From the NCBI GenBank assembly GCA_038231135.1, contig JBBRLX010000006.1, forward strand, positions 64,001 through 128,000: 64,000 nt of DNA, given 5' to 3'. Shown here piece after piece: positions 48,300 through 57,043 of the stretch. How positions within the stretch are numbered: the first letter of the stretch is position 1; every line of letters begins with the position of its first letter. A model generated the notes under the pieces. That model saw nothing but the letters and a program-made list of their open reading frames with translations. It did no database searches and had not been told where the DNA came from. A program made the position numbers and the translations under genes. The stretch is from Candidatus Eiseniibacteriota bacterium (GTDB lineage Bacteria; Eisenbacteria; RBG-16-71-46).

Positions 48300-49831
48300 G
48301 GCGAGCCGCCACCGTCGCGATGCTGCTGATGCTGGTGGATGGGTGTTCGCATATGGGCCGGCTGCGGTATCAGCCGCAGACGGTATCGCCCACGCTCACG
48401 CACAAGGCCGGCGAGGCGCCGCCGGCGAATCCCGCGGCCATGCAGCTCCAGCCGCTGTTCGGCGACACGCTGATCGGGCTCGTGCCCGGCACGGCGGATT
48501 CCTCGCGGCGCTACCTGGGCCGGCTGCACACCGGATTCACCGCCGACACGCTCAACCTCATGCTGTTCGGAGACAATCGCCCCGGCTGGCGCGCGTCGCG
48601 GCTGAGCACCGAATACACCGCGCTACGGGAGATGTTTTCGCCGAACCTCGCGAAGATTGGCCGCGGGCTCGTGACGATTCCGTGGGCGCTGGTGAAGGGG
48701 CTCTATCCGGACCTGGCGCTGATCCGCGACATTCCCGACCGCCTTCGCAAGGCTCCGACCGCGGGTCGCGAACGGCAGGTGGTGAGCGCGATGCTGGCCA
48801 AGATCGATTCGCTGCAGGCGCACGGCCAGTCGGTGGCGGCGGTGCTCAACACCGGCGACCTGGTGTACGACGGCCGTTACCCGTCGACGTGGGAGCGGTT
48901 CCTGCGCATTACCCGCCCGCTGTCGTCGCGGGTGCCCTACTTCCCGGTGGCCGGCAACCACGAGCGTACGGACACCGAGGACGGCCGCGAGAACTGGCGC
49001 ACCGCGACCGGGCTGCCCGTCGGCGGCGACCGGCTCTACTACTGCTTCGACACCGCGGACGGCTGGCTGCGCGTCATTGCGCTCGATTCGAATCCGATCG
49101 TCGATCCCGGCAACCTCTGGACCCGCGAGGTGCAGATCAAGTATTCCGCCGAGGAGTTCGCGTGGCTGACGGAGCGCGTGAAGGAGCATCGTGGCCCGGT
49201 GATCGTGTTCATGCACCACCCGCCATTCTCGGCCGGCTTCCATCGCGTCGAATGGCAGCGCGACTCGGTGCTGTCGAAGCGCCGCGAGACCATGGTGGAG
49301 GACCTGCACAAGTCCGGCATCTCGATCATCGCCGGCGGCCACGAACACGCGTACGAACGCGCCCTGCTGCGGTGGCCGGACGCGGTGCTGATCGCGATCG
49401 TCTCCGGGGGCGCCGGCGCCCCGCTCTACCCGCTGCCGCCACGGGCGGAGGCCGCGCGGGTGATGAGCGAATACCACGTCGCGGGCTCGACGGTGCAGCC
49501 GGCAGACGTGTTCACCGCCCAGGCATTCCACTTCATCCATCTGCGGTTCTGGTTCGGCGGCGGCGAGTTCTACACCTACGCCGTGGATGACAAGGCGAAG
49601 GCCACGCTGATCGACAAGGTGCAGATCGACCTGTCGCGCTACGGCACGCCCAAGATCGACCAGTTCAAAATTCCGATCCCGCCGGCGAAGGGCCAGACGA
49701 GCGCGTCCGAGGCCACGGAGGAGAAGAAGAACCAGACCGTCCACCCGGTGACGAAGGCGGATTCGACCGCGAGCAAGCGTCTGCTGTCGAAACCGGCGCC
49801 CGCCAGGAAGACGACCAGGCGCAAACCCTGA
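48296..49831 (+). CDS. Lipoprotein-like calcineurin-type metallophosphoesterase
   Basis: MRRAATVAMLLMLVDG-C; GDNR, NTGDLV, GNHE, MHHP and GHEH motifs. Confidence 0.9.
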   Translation: MRRAATVAMLLMLVDGCSHMGRLRYQPQTVSPTLTHKAGEAPPANPAAMQLQPLFGDTLIGLVPGTADSSRRYLGRLHTGFTADTLNLMLFGDNRPGWRASRLSTEYTALREMFSPNLAKIGRGLVTIPWALVKGLYPDLALIRDIPDRLRKAPTAGRERQVVSAMLAKIDSLQAHGQSVAAVLNTGDLVYDGRYPSTWERFLRITRPLSSRVPYFPVAGNHERTDTEDGRENWRTATGLPVGGDRLYYCFDTADGWLRVIALDSNPIVDPGNLWTREVQIKYSAEEFAWLTERVKEHRGPVIVFMHHPPFSAGFHRVEWQRDSVLSKRRETMVEDLHKSGISIIAGGHEHAYERALLRWPDAVLIAIVSGGAGAPLYPLPPRAEAARVMSEYHVAGSTVQPADVFTAQAFHFIHLRFWFGGGEFYTYAVDDKAKATLIDKVQIDLSRYGTPKIDQFKIPIPPAKGQTSASEATEEKKNQTVHPVTKADSTASKRLLSKPAPARKTTRRKP

Positions 49832-49872
49832 GCCCGCACGGCATCGTGTCGTCCGGCCGCGGAGGAACGGTC

Positions 49873-51273
49873 ATGAACTCGACAGTGACGGAAGCCACGC
49901 CGGACCCGGTCGCCAGGCGCCCGCTCGACCGGTTCCTCGGCATCTTCGCCGACGTTCGTGGCGGGGAGGCCGGCACCGCGCTGTTGCTGATGCTCAACAT
50001 CTTCCTGCTGCTCGCGGCTTACTACCTGCTCAAGACGATCCGCGAGCCGCTGATCCTCACCGTCGCCGGCGGCGCCGAGGTCAAGAGCTACGCCGCGGCG
50101 GCGATGGCGGCGTTGCTGATCGTGGTCGTGCCGATCTACAGCGCGGTGGCGTCGCGGGTGTCGCGCGTGAAGCTCATCAACGGCGTGACGCTGTTCTTTA
50201 TCGCCTGCCTGATCGCGTTCTTCGCCCTCAGCCGTGCCGGCATCGAGATCGGCATCCCGTTCTTCATCTGGGTGGGCATCTTCAACCTGATGGTGATCGC
50301 CCAGATGTGGGCGTATGCGAACGACGTCTACACCGTCGACCAGGGCAAACGGCTGTTCGCGATCGTCGGATTCGGCGCGTCGCTGGGTGCGATCGCGGGG
50401 TCGTTCGTCACCGGGCAACTGGTGAAGCAGTACGGTCCGTACCCGTTCATGCTCGGCGCCGCCGCGCTGCTCGGCGTGTGCATGCTGCTCACGAACTGGG
50501 TGAACATGCGCGAGCGTCGCGCCCGCGGCGGCGCCCCGACTACCGCGGGTGACCGAGGCGCGACGGAGAACGCCGCGACGGAGAACGCCCCGGCGGCCGG
50601 TGCGGACGGCGCCGTGAAGGGCCGCAGCGGCTTCGCGCTGGTGTTCTCCGACCGTTACCTGCTGCTCATCGCGGTGCTCATGACGGTGTACAACCTCGTG
50701 AACACGAACGGCGAGTACATCCTCGGCAAGACCGTGGTGAACCTGTACACCGCGGCCCACGGCGCCGCGGCTGCGGGGGGCCTCAACGAGAAGAAGGTGA
50801 TCGGCGAGTTCTACGGCAACTTCTTCACGCTCGTGAACATCCTCTCCGCGCTGGTGCAGGCGTTCGTCGTGTCGCGGGTGCTCAAGAAGTTCGGCGTGCG
50901 CGTCGCGCTGCTGGTGCTGCCGATCGTGGCACTGGGCGGCTACGCCACGATGGCATTCATTCCGGTGCTGTGGCTGATCCGCTCCGTCAAGCTGGCGGAG
51001 AACTCGATCGACTATTCGTTGCAGAGCACGACGCGCAACGCCCTCTATCTCCCCACGAGCCGCGAGGCCAAGTACAAGGCGAAGCAGGCCAACGACACGT
51101 TCTTCGTGCGGCTCGGCGACGTCATCTCCGCCGGAGTGGTGTTCGCCGGCACGACCTGGCTGGGATTCGCGCCGCCGCAGTTCGCGCTGGTGAACGTCGG
51201 GCTGATCGTCGTGTGGCTGGTGCTGGCGGTCGCGATCGGCAGGCGGTTCCGCAGCATGGCCGGCACGGCCTGA
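49873..51273 (+). CDS. NTT/TLC (Npt1/Npt2, ATP:ADP antiporter family) nucleotide transporter
   Basis: GGAGG RBS; YYLLKTIRE; WAYANDVY...QGKRLF; KLAENSIDYSL; LYLPTSREAKYKAK..DTFFVRLGD. Confidence 0.93.
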   Translation: MNSTVTEATPDPVARRPLDRFLGIFADVRGGEAGTALLLMLNIFLLLAAYYLLKTIREPLILTVAGGAEVKSYAAAAMAALLIVVVPIYSAVASRVSRVKLINGVTLFFIACLIAFFALSRAGIEIGIPFFIWVGIFNLMVIAQMWAYANDVYTVDQGKRLFAIVGFGASLGAIAGSFVTGQLVKQYGPYPFMLGAAALLGVCMLLTNWVNMRERRARGGAPTTAGDRGATENAATENAPAAGADGAVKGRSGFALVFSDRYLLLIAVLMTVYNLVNTNGEYILGKTVVNLYTAAHGAAAAGGLNEKKVIGEFYGNFFTLVNILSALVQAFVVSRVLKKFGVRVALLVLPIVALGGYATMAFIPVLWLIRSVKLAENSIDYSLQSTTRNALYLPTSREAKYKAKQANDTFFVRLGDVISAGVVFAGTTWLGFAPPQFALVNVGLIVVWLVLAVAIGRRFRSMAGTA

Positions 51274-51337
51274 CGACATCGGTGGCCCGGTCCGGCGTGA
51301 TGCATCCCGCGCCGGCGCCTGGGGCGAGGGAGGCACG

Positions 51338-54055
51338 CTGAAGTTCCTGAACAAGTTCATCCGCCGCCTCGGCCTCGAGCGCGGCGAGGCCACGACGCTC
51401 GGCTTGATGGGCGTGCTCGTGGCCACGCTGATGTGCGCCTACACCATCGCCAAGGTCGTGCGCGACGCGCTGTTCATCACCGAATTCGGCGCGCTCAAGC
51501 TGCCGTATGGCTACATCGGCGTGGCGCTCGCCTCGGCCGGCTTCGTGTGGCTCGAGGGTCAGGTGGCCAGCCGGTTCACGCGCGTCGGCGCCTCGCGCTT
51601 CAACCAGTACGCGGCGATCGCGGTCAGCGCCGCGGCCGCGGCGGCGTTCCCACACGCGCCGCATCGCATCACCGGCGTGTTCTACGTGTGGACCGGCAGC
51701 CAGGCGATGATGCTGCTGCCGCACTTCTGGGTGCTCGCGCTCGACGTGTGGGACTCACGGCGGGCACGGCGGGTGTTCCCGATTCTCGGCGGCTTCGGGC
51801 TGCTCGGCGGCCTGGCCGGCGGCGCGTTCGCGGGCTGGGCGCAGCCGTTCGTGCACCGCATGGGCCTGCTGTGGGTGCTGTTCGGCCTGCTCGTGATCGC
51901 GCACGTGCTCACGCGGTTCGTCGAGGTCCATCGTGCCCACATGCCGGGGCCGGCGGATGCGGTGTCGGCGCTGTCGAGATGGGAGATCATCCGGCGGTCC
52001 AAGTACATCCGGATCTTCGCCGTCGGTCTCGCGCTGTCGGTGATCGTGTCCACGCTGGTCGATTTCCAGTTCAAGCTCTACCTGCAGCACGCCTATCCCG
52101 ATTCGCGCTCGCTCACCCAGTTCCTCGGCCGGTTCTACGTGGGATTGAACGCCGCCGCATTGCTGTTCCAGTTCGGCGTGGCGGGGTGGCTGATGCAACG
52201 GTTCGGACTCGCGGCGTCGACGGGTCTCCAGCCCACCGCGGTCATGGTGTTCGCCACCTGGGCCGCGATCAGCAGCGGCTGGTGGATCGTGATCGCGATG
52301 CGGTGGGTGCAGGGGGTGGTGTTCCAGACCCTCGGCAAGCCCGCGGCGGAGATCTACTACGCGGCCATCCGGCCGATCGAGCGGCGCTCCATCAAGCCCG
52401 CGATCGACACGCTGGTGGAGCGCTGGTCCGATGCCCTGGTGGGCGTGGTACTGGTGGTGGTGCTGCACGCGCTCAAGGCCCCGATGCCGGTGATCGCGAT
52501 CGGCACCGTGGCGCTGTGTGCGATCTGGCTGCTCGTGCTGCTGCGGTTGAACCGGTACTACGGCAAGGCGTTCCAGAACATCCTCAGCGCGCGCTGGATC
52601 GAGCCCGAAGCTTCTCCGGAATCGTTCAAGATTCCATCCGCGCGGCGGGCGCTCCGCGCGGCTCTGCAGTCGCCCGACGAGGCCCAGGTGGTGCTGGCGC
52701 TCAAGCTCAGCCGCAACGCGCGGGATGCCGGCACCGCCGCCGCCGTGCGCGCGTGCCTGGGGCATGCCTCGCCGGGCGTGCAACTGGCCGCCGTCGAGGC
52801 GATGGAGGCGCTGCGACTACGCGATGCCGATGGCGTGATCGAAGGGTTCCTGGGCGCCCGCTACGATCGTCTGCGCCGCGCGGCCGTCAGCTACCTGCTG
52901 TCGCGCAGCAGTCAGCCGGCGGAGCTCGCCGGCCGCCTGCTCGAAGGCGACGACGCGGCGCTGCGCCAGCACGTGCTGGATGTCATGAGCGAGCGCCCGC
53001 AGGAAGCCGAAGGCTGGGTGGCGCCGCAATGGATCGATGCGCGGATCGCCGCCGGCACGCCCGAGGATCTACTGCTGGCGGCGCGGGCGCTCGGCACGAC
53101 CGCCGCGGCCGGGGCGGTGCCCAAGCTGCGCCTGCTGCTGGCGCACGACGACCTCGAGGTCCGGCGCGCGACGTTGCAGGCCGCGGCCCGGCGGCCGCGG
53201 CCCCAGCTGCTCGAGATGCTGCTGCCCCTGCTGCTCGTGCCCGAGCTGAACTACGAGGCGCTCGATGCCGTGGCCGCGATCGGCGACCCCGCGGTGCCCG
53301 CGCTGCAGAAGATGCTCGAGGCCGCTCCGGACTCGCCGTGGCAGCCGATCGCGGCGCGCACGCTGGCGCGCATCGCCACATCCCGCGCCGCGGGCGTGCT
53401 GCAGAAGCTCGCGCGCAGCGGCGATCCGGGCATGCGCCAGGTCGGGTTGGAGTCGCTGGCCCGCATCCGCCTGCGCTCGGGCCAGCCGATGATCCCCCGC
53501 GGCCTCGCGCACCGGTTGTTTCTACGCGAGCTGGGTGACTATCGCGCCTGCCTCGAGCCCACGATCACGCTCGATGCCGTGCCCGCGGCGGAAGTCCGGC
53601 TGCTGTCCGAGAGCTACTGGGAGTCGTCGGAGCTGGCGCTCACGCGTGCGATCGACGCGCTCGCCTGCTGGTACGATCCACGCCCGCTGTTCGGCGTGAT
53701 CGGGCGGCTGACGTCGAAGGACGCCCGGCAGGCGGCGCCCGCGCTCGAATACCTGGGGCACGTGCTGCCGAGAAGCGTGTTCCGATCGGTGAGCCGGATC
53801 TTCGAGACTCAGGCGAGGGAGGACCCCGCCGGTCCGCCCGACGACGCGGCTGTCGCGGCCTGCATCCGGTCGGCGTGGGGCAGCGCCGATGCCTGGTTGC
53901 GCGCCTGCGCCGTGCGCGCGTCCCGCGCGATCCCGGGATTCGACACCGGGCTGTTCGCGGGCGGCGACGAGCATCCCGTGGTGCGTGCGGAGCTCGAGGC
54001 GCTCGCGCACGGCGGTCGCCGTGGAACGGCGCTGCCGGCCGGGGCGGCCGCATGA
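51338..54055 (+). CDS. NTT-family transporter fused to HEAT repeats
   Basis: KVVRDALF, FWVLALDVWDSRRARRVF, LVDFQFK and IKPAIDTLVER motifs, then an alpha-solenoid. Likely CTG start at 51338 after GGGAGG. Confidence 0.9.
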   Translation: MKFLNKFIRRLGLERGEATTLGLMGVLVATLMCAYTIAKVVRDALFITEFGALKLPYGYIGVALASAGFVWLEGQVASRFTRVGASRFNQYAAIAVSAAAAAAFPHAPHRITGVFYVWTGSQAMMLLPHFWVLALDVWDSRRARRVFPILGGFGLLGGLAGGAFAGWAQPFVHRMGLLWVLFGLLVIAHVLTRFVEVHRAHMPGPADAVSALSRWEIIRRSKYIRIFAVGLALSVIVSTLVDFQFKLYLQHAYPDSRSLTQFLGRFYVGLNAAALLFQFGVAGWLMQRFGLAASTGLQPTAVMVFATWAAISSGWWIVIAMRWVQGVVFQTLGKPAAEIYYAAIRPIERRSIKPAIDTLVERWSDALVGVVLVVVLHALKAPMPVIAIGTVALCAIWLLVLLRLNRYYGKAFQNILSARWIEPEASPESFKIPSARRALRAALQSPDEAQVVLALKLSRNARDAGTAAAVRACLGHASPGVQLAAVEAMEALRLRDADGVIEGFLGARYDRLRRAAVSYLLSRSSQPAELAGRLLEGDDAALRQHVLDVMSERPQEAEGWVAPQWIDARIAAGTPEDLLLAARALGTTAAAGAVPKLRLLLAHDDLEVRRATLQAAARRPRPQLLEMLLPLLLVPELNYEALDAVAAIGDPAVPALQKMLEAAPDSPWQPIAARTLARIATSRAAGVLQKLARSGDPGMRQVGLESLARIRLRSGQPMIPRGLAHRLFLRELGDYRACLEPTITLDAVPAAEVRLLSESYWESSELALTRAIDALACWYDPRPLFGVIGRLTSKDARQAAPALEYLGHVLPRSVFRSVSRIFETQAREDPAGPPDDAAVAACIRSAWGSADAWLRACAVRASRAIPGFDTGLFAGGDEHPVVRAELEALAHGGRRGTALPAGAAA

Positions 54056-54747
54056 TCACTCCCGTCGAGCGCGTGCTGATCCTGAAGGGCGCCGATCTGC
54101 TCAAGGACGTCGGTCCGCGCCACCTGCTGCGGCTCGCCGACGTCGCGCGCGAGATCCCGCTGACCAAGGGGGACACGATCTATCGCGAGGACGACCCCGC
54201 CGACGCGCTCTATCTCGTGGTCGAGGGCCGGGTGCGCATCACCGCCGGCGACCGCACGACGTCGGAGGTCGGTCCCGGCGAGGCGTTCGGCACCTGGGCG
54301 CTGGTCGACGATTCGAGCCGCGGGCAGCAGGCGGAGTGCCTCGAGGACGGCATCGCGCTCGCGCTCGGCCGGGACGAGTTCTACGAAGTGGCGGCGGGCG
54401 ATCTGACACTGCTCCAGCAGGTCGTGCGCGTGCTCGCCAAGCGATTGCGCGCGATGGTCTCGGACCGGCCTGGTGAGGCGCGGGTCGAGGGCGAAGGCAT
54501 CGAAAAGCCCGAGGCGAAGGTCGAGGCGGAGCAGGCAGCGGCCGGTGCAGCACCCGCGCCGCAGGGAACGGCCGCTGCGGGTGCGGCGCCCGGGCCCGCG
54601 GTGCCCGTGACGCCGGGTGCCGCGCTGGCGGCGGCGGCGCTCGGCCAGACGGTTCCCGAGGGCGCGTCTCCGGTCGCGGCGGCGCCCGCCGGCTCGAAGG
54701 ATGCGATCGATGAAGCCTACGACCGTCCGAACCCGGACCCGCTGTAG
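54052..54747 (+). CDS. Cyclic nucleotide-binding domain protein
   Basis: ITPVERVLILKGADLL; IYREDD...LYLVVEGRV; GEAFGTWAL; ATGA overlap with the NTT-HEAT gene. Confidence 0.9.
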   Translation: MITPVERVLILKGADLLKDVGPRHLLRLADVAREIPLTKGDTIYREDDPADALYLVVEGRVRITAGDRTTSEVGPGEAFGTWALVDDSSRGQQAECLEDGIALALGRDEFYEVAAGDLTLLQQVVRVLAKRLRAMVSDRPGEARVEGEGIEKPEAKVEAEQAAAGAAPAPQGTAAAGAAPGPAVPVTPGAALAAAALGQTVPEGASPVAAAPAGSKDAIDEAYDRPNPDPL

Positions 54748-54915
54748 ATGCCACGTGCCTGCGATTCGCATCGGAGCCATGACGTGGTATCGCGGCGGCC
54801 CCGCGGCACTTGATTCCGCGGCCGGTCCGGGTCCACCCTTGGTGGGCTGCCGTGCGCTGCCGATGGAATGATCGAACGCCGTGAACCCCCACCCTAAGCT
54901 GGAGTCCCCCACGTC

Positions 54916-56817
54916 GTGAAGACCGGTTCGCAGGATCCGAACGAACTCTTCCGCGCCCTCGTCGACGGGGTGCGGGACTACGCGATCTTCATTCTGGATC
55001 CCGCGGGCAACATCGTCACCTGGAACACCGGCGCGGAACGCATCAAGGGCTACCTCGCCCACGAGATCATCGGCAAGCACTTTTCGGTGTTCTACCCGCC
55101 CGATGCGCTGGCGGCCGACTGGCCGGCGACCGAACTGCGCGCCGCCACCAGCGAGGGCCGGTTCGAGGACGAGAACTGGCGCATTCGAAAGGACGGGACG
55201 CGGTTCTGGGCGAACGTCATCATCACCGCGATCCGCAATCCGGCGGGCGAGCTCATTGGGTTTTCCAAGATCACGCGCGACCTGACCGAGCGGATGGAGT
55301 CCGTCGCGGCGCTGCGCGACACGGAGTCGCGGTATCGTGGAATGTTCGAGGGCTCGCGGGACGGGGTGCTGATCGTGAACGCCGTCACGCACCAGATCAT
55401 CGACGCCAATCCGGCAATCGCCGTGCTGCTCGGCCGGTCGCGCGAGGAACTGCTCGGCAAGCTGCCGTGGGAGATCGGCCTGTTCCGTGACGAGGACGCG
55501 AACCGGACGGCTCAGCGCATGATGCTCGAGCAGGGCTATGTCCGGCACGACGACGTGGTCCTGTCGCGCGGCGATTCCGATCTCGAAGTCGAGCTGCAGG
55601 GCAACCGCTACGAAGTGGCGGGGCAGCCGGCGATCCAGTACAACGTGCGCGACATCCGCGAGCGCCGCCAGCTGGAGCGCGCCCTGCGGCAGACCGAGTC
55701 AATGGCCGAGGTCAATCGCCGCAAGGACGAGTTCCTCGCGCTGCTGTCGCACGAGCTGCGCAATCCGCTGTCGGCGATCACGAATGCGGTCGAGCTCCAG
55801 CGTATGCAGCCGGAAGCGGGCGGCGTGCCGGGGCAGATCCGCGCGATCATCGAGCGCCAGGTGGGCCGGCTGACGAGCATGGTCGAGGATCTGCTCGAGG
55901 TGTCGCGCATCGCGACGGGACGCCATCGGCTCAATCTCGAGTCCGTGGAGGGACGCGAGCTCGTGGAGCACGCCGTCGAGACCGTGCGCCCCCTGCGGGA
56001 GCAGAAGAATCACACACTGGCGCTGAAGTTGTCCGACGCTCCGATATGGCTCGACGCGGATCCGGTCCGGGTGGAACAGGTCGCGGTGAATCTGCTGACG
56101 AACGCCGTCAAGTACACCCCGACCGGCGGCCACATCGAGGTGTGCTTCGAGATCGAGGACGGCAAAGCGGTGCTGCGGGTGAAGGACAACGGCGTCGGGA
56201 TCACCGCCGATCTGCTGCCGCACATCTTCGAATTGTTCACCCAGGCCGATCGCACCCTGCACCGCTCCGAAGGCGGACTCGGCGTGGGGCTCACCGTCGT
56301 GCAGCGCGTGGTACAGCTCCACGGGGGAACGGTCGAGGCGAACAGCGCCGGCCTGAATCAGGGGGCGGAATTCATCGTGCGCCTGCCGGTCTCGAGCCCG
56401 CAGCACGGCGAGAGGCCGGAGGCCGATCGCGCGTCCGCCACCGGCAGGCGGCGCCTGCGCGTGGTGGTTGTGGACGACAACCGCGATTCCGCGGATACCA
56501 TCGCGATGCTGCTGGAGGGCTCGGGACGCGACGTCCGGGTCGAGTACACGGGGCCGGACGGGCTCGAGACCGTGCGGTCGTTCCGGCCCGATGCCGTGCT
56601 GCTCGACATCGGATTGCCCGGCCTCGACGGCTACGAGGTGGCGCGCGCGATCCGGCGGGACCCGGAGCTGAGCGGGGTCAAGCTCATCGCCGTGAGCGGC
56701 TACGGTCAGGAATCCGATCGCCGGCGGTCGAAGGACGCCGGGTTCGACGTGCACATGGTGAAGCCCGTCGAACCGCAGACGATCGAAGATGCGCTGAACG
56801 CGGTGACCGGGACCTAG
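54916..56817 (+). CDS. PAS-PAS hybrid histidine kinase/response regulator
   Basis: PAS (WNTGAERIKGY, RKDGTRFWA); SHELRNPL; NLLTNAVKYT; GGLGVGL; REC (VVDDN, LLDIGLP). Confidence 0.95.
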   Translation: MKTGSQDPNELFRALVDGVRDYAIFILDPAGNIVTWNTGAERIKGYLAHEIIGKHFSVFYPPDALAADWPATELRAATSEGRFEDENWRIRKDGTRFWANVIITAIRNPAGELIGFSKITRDLTERMESVAALRDTESRYRGMFEGSRDGVLIVNAVTHQIIDANPAIAVLLGRSREELLGKLPWEIGLFRDEDANRTAQRMMLEQGYVRHDDVVLSRGDSDLEVELQGNRYEVAGQPAIQYNVRDIRERRQLERALRQTESMAEVNRRKDEFLALLSHELRNPLSAITNAVELQRMQPEAGGVPGQIRAIIERQVGRLTSMVEDLLEVSRIATGRHRLNLESVEGRELVEHAVETVRPLREQKNHTLALKLSDAPIWLDADPVRVEQVAVNLLTNAVKYTPTGGHIEVCFEIEDGKAVLRVKDNGVGITADLLPHIFELFTQADRTLHRSEGGLGVGLTVVQRVVQLHGGTVEANSAGLNQGAEFIVRLPVSSPQHGERPEADRASATGRRRLRVVVVDDNRDSADTIAMLLEGSGRDVRVEYTGPDGLETVRSFRPDAVLLDIGLPGLDGYEVARAIRRDPELSGVKLIAVSGYGQESDRRRSKDAGFDVHMVKPVEPQTIEDALNAVTGT

Positions 56818-57043
56818 AACCTGACGTCCGGCGCAGCGTCCGGAGCGCGATCGCGAACGAACCCGGTACCCGGCGCGACTTTCGTCCCCCGGTTCCCCGC
56901 GCCCATGCCCCCGCGTCGCCGCACTCGGCCCAGTTATTCCCGGCATGACATCCCCGTGAGACGTGGATGGTGCCATGCGACCTCGCCGCGCAGCATGCTG
57001 GAACCGCGACGCCACCGGTCGCCGCACGATGGAGCCGAATTTC

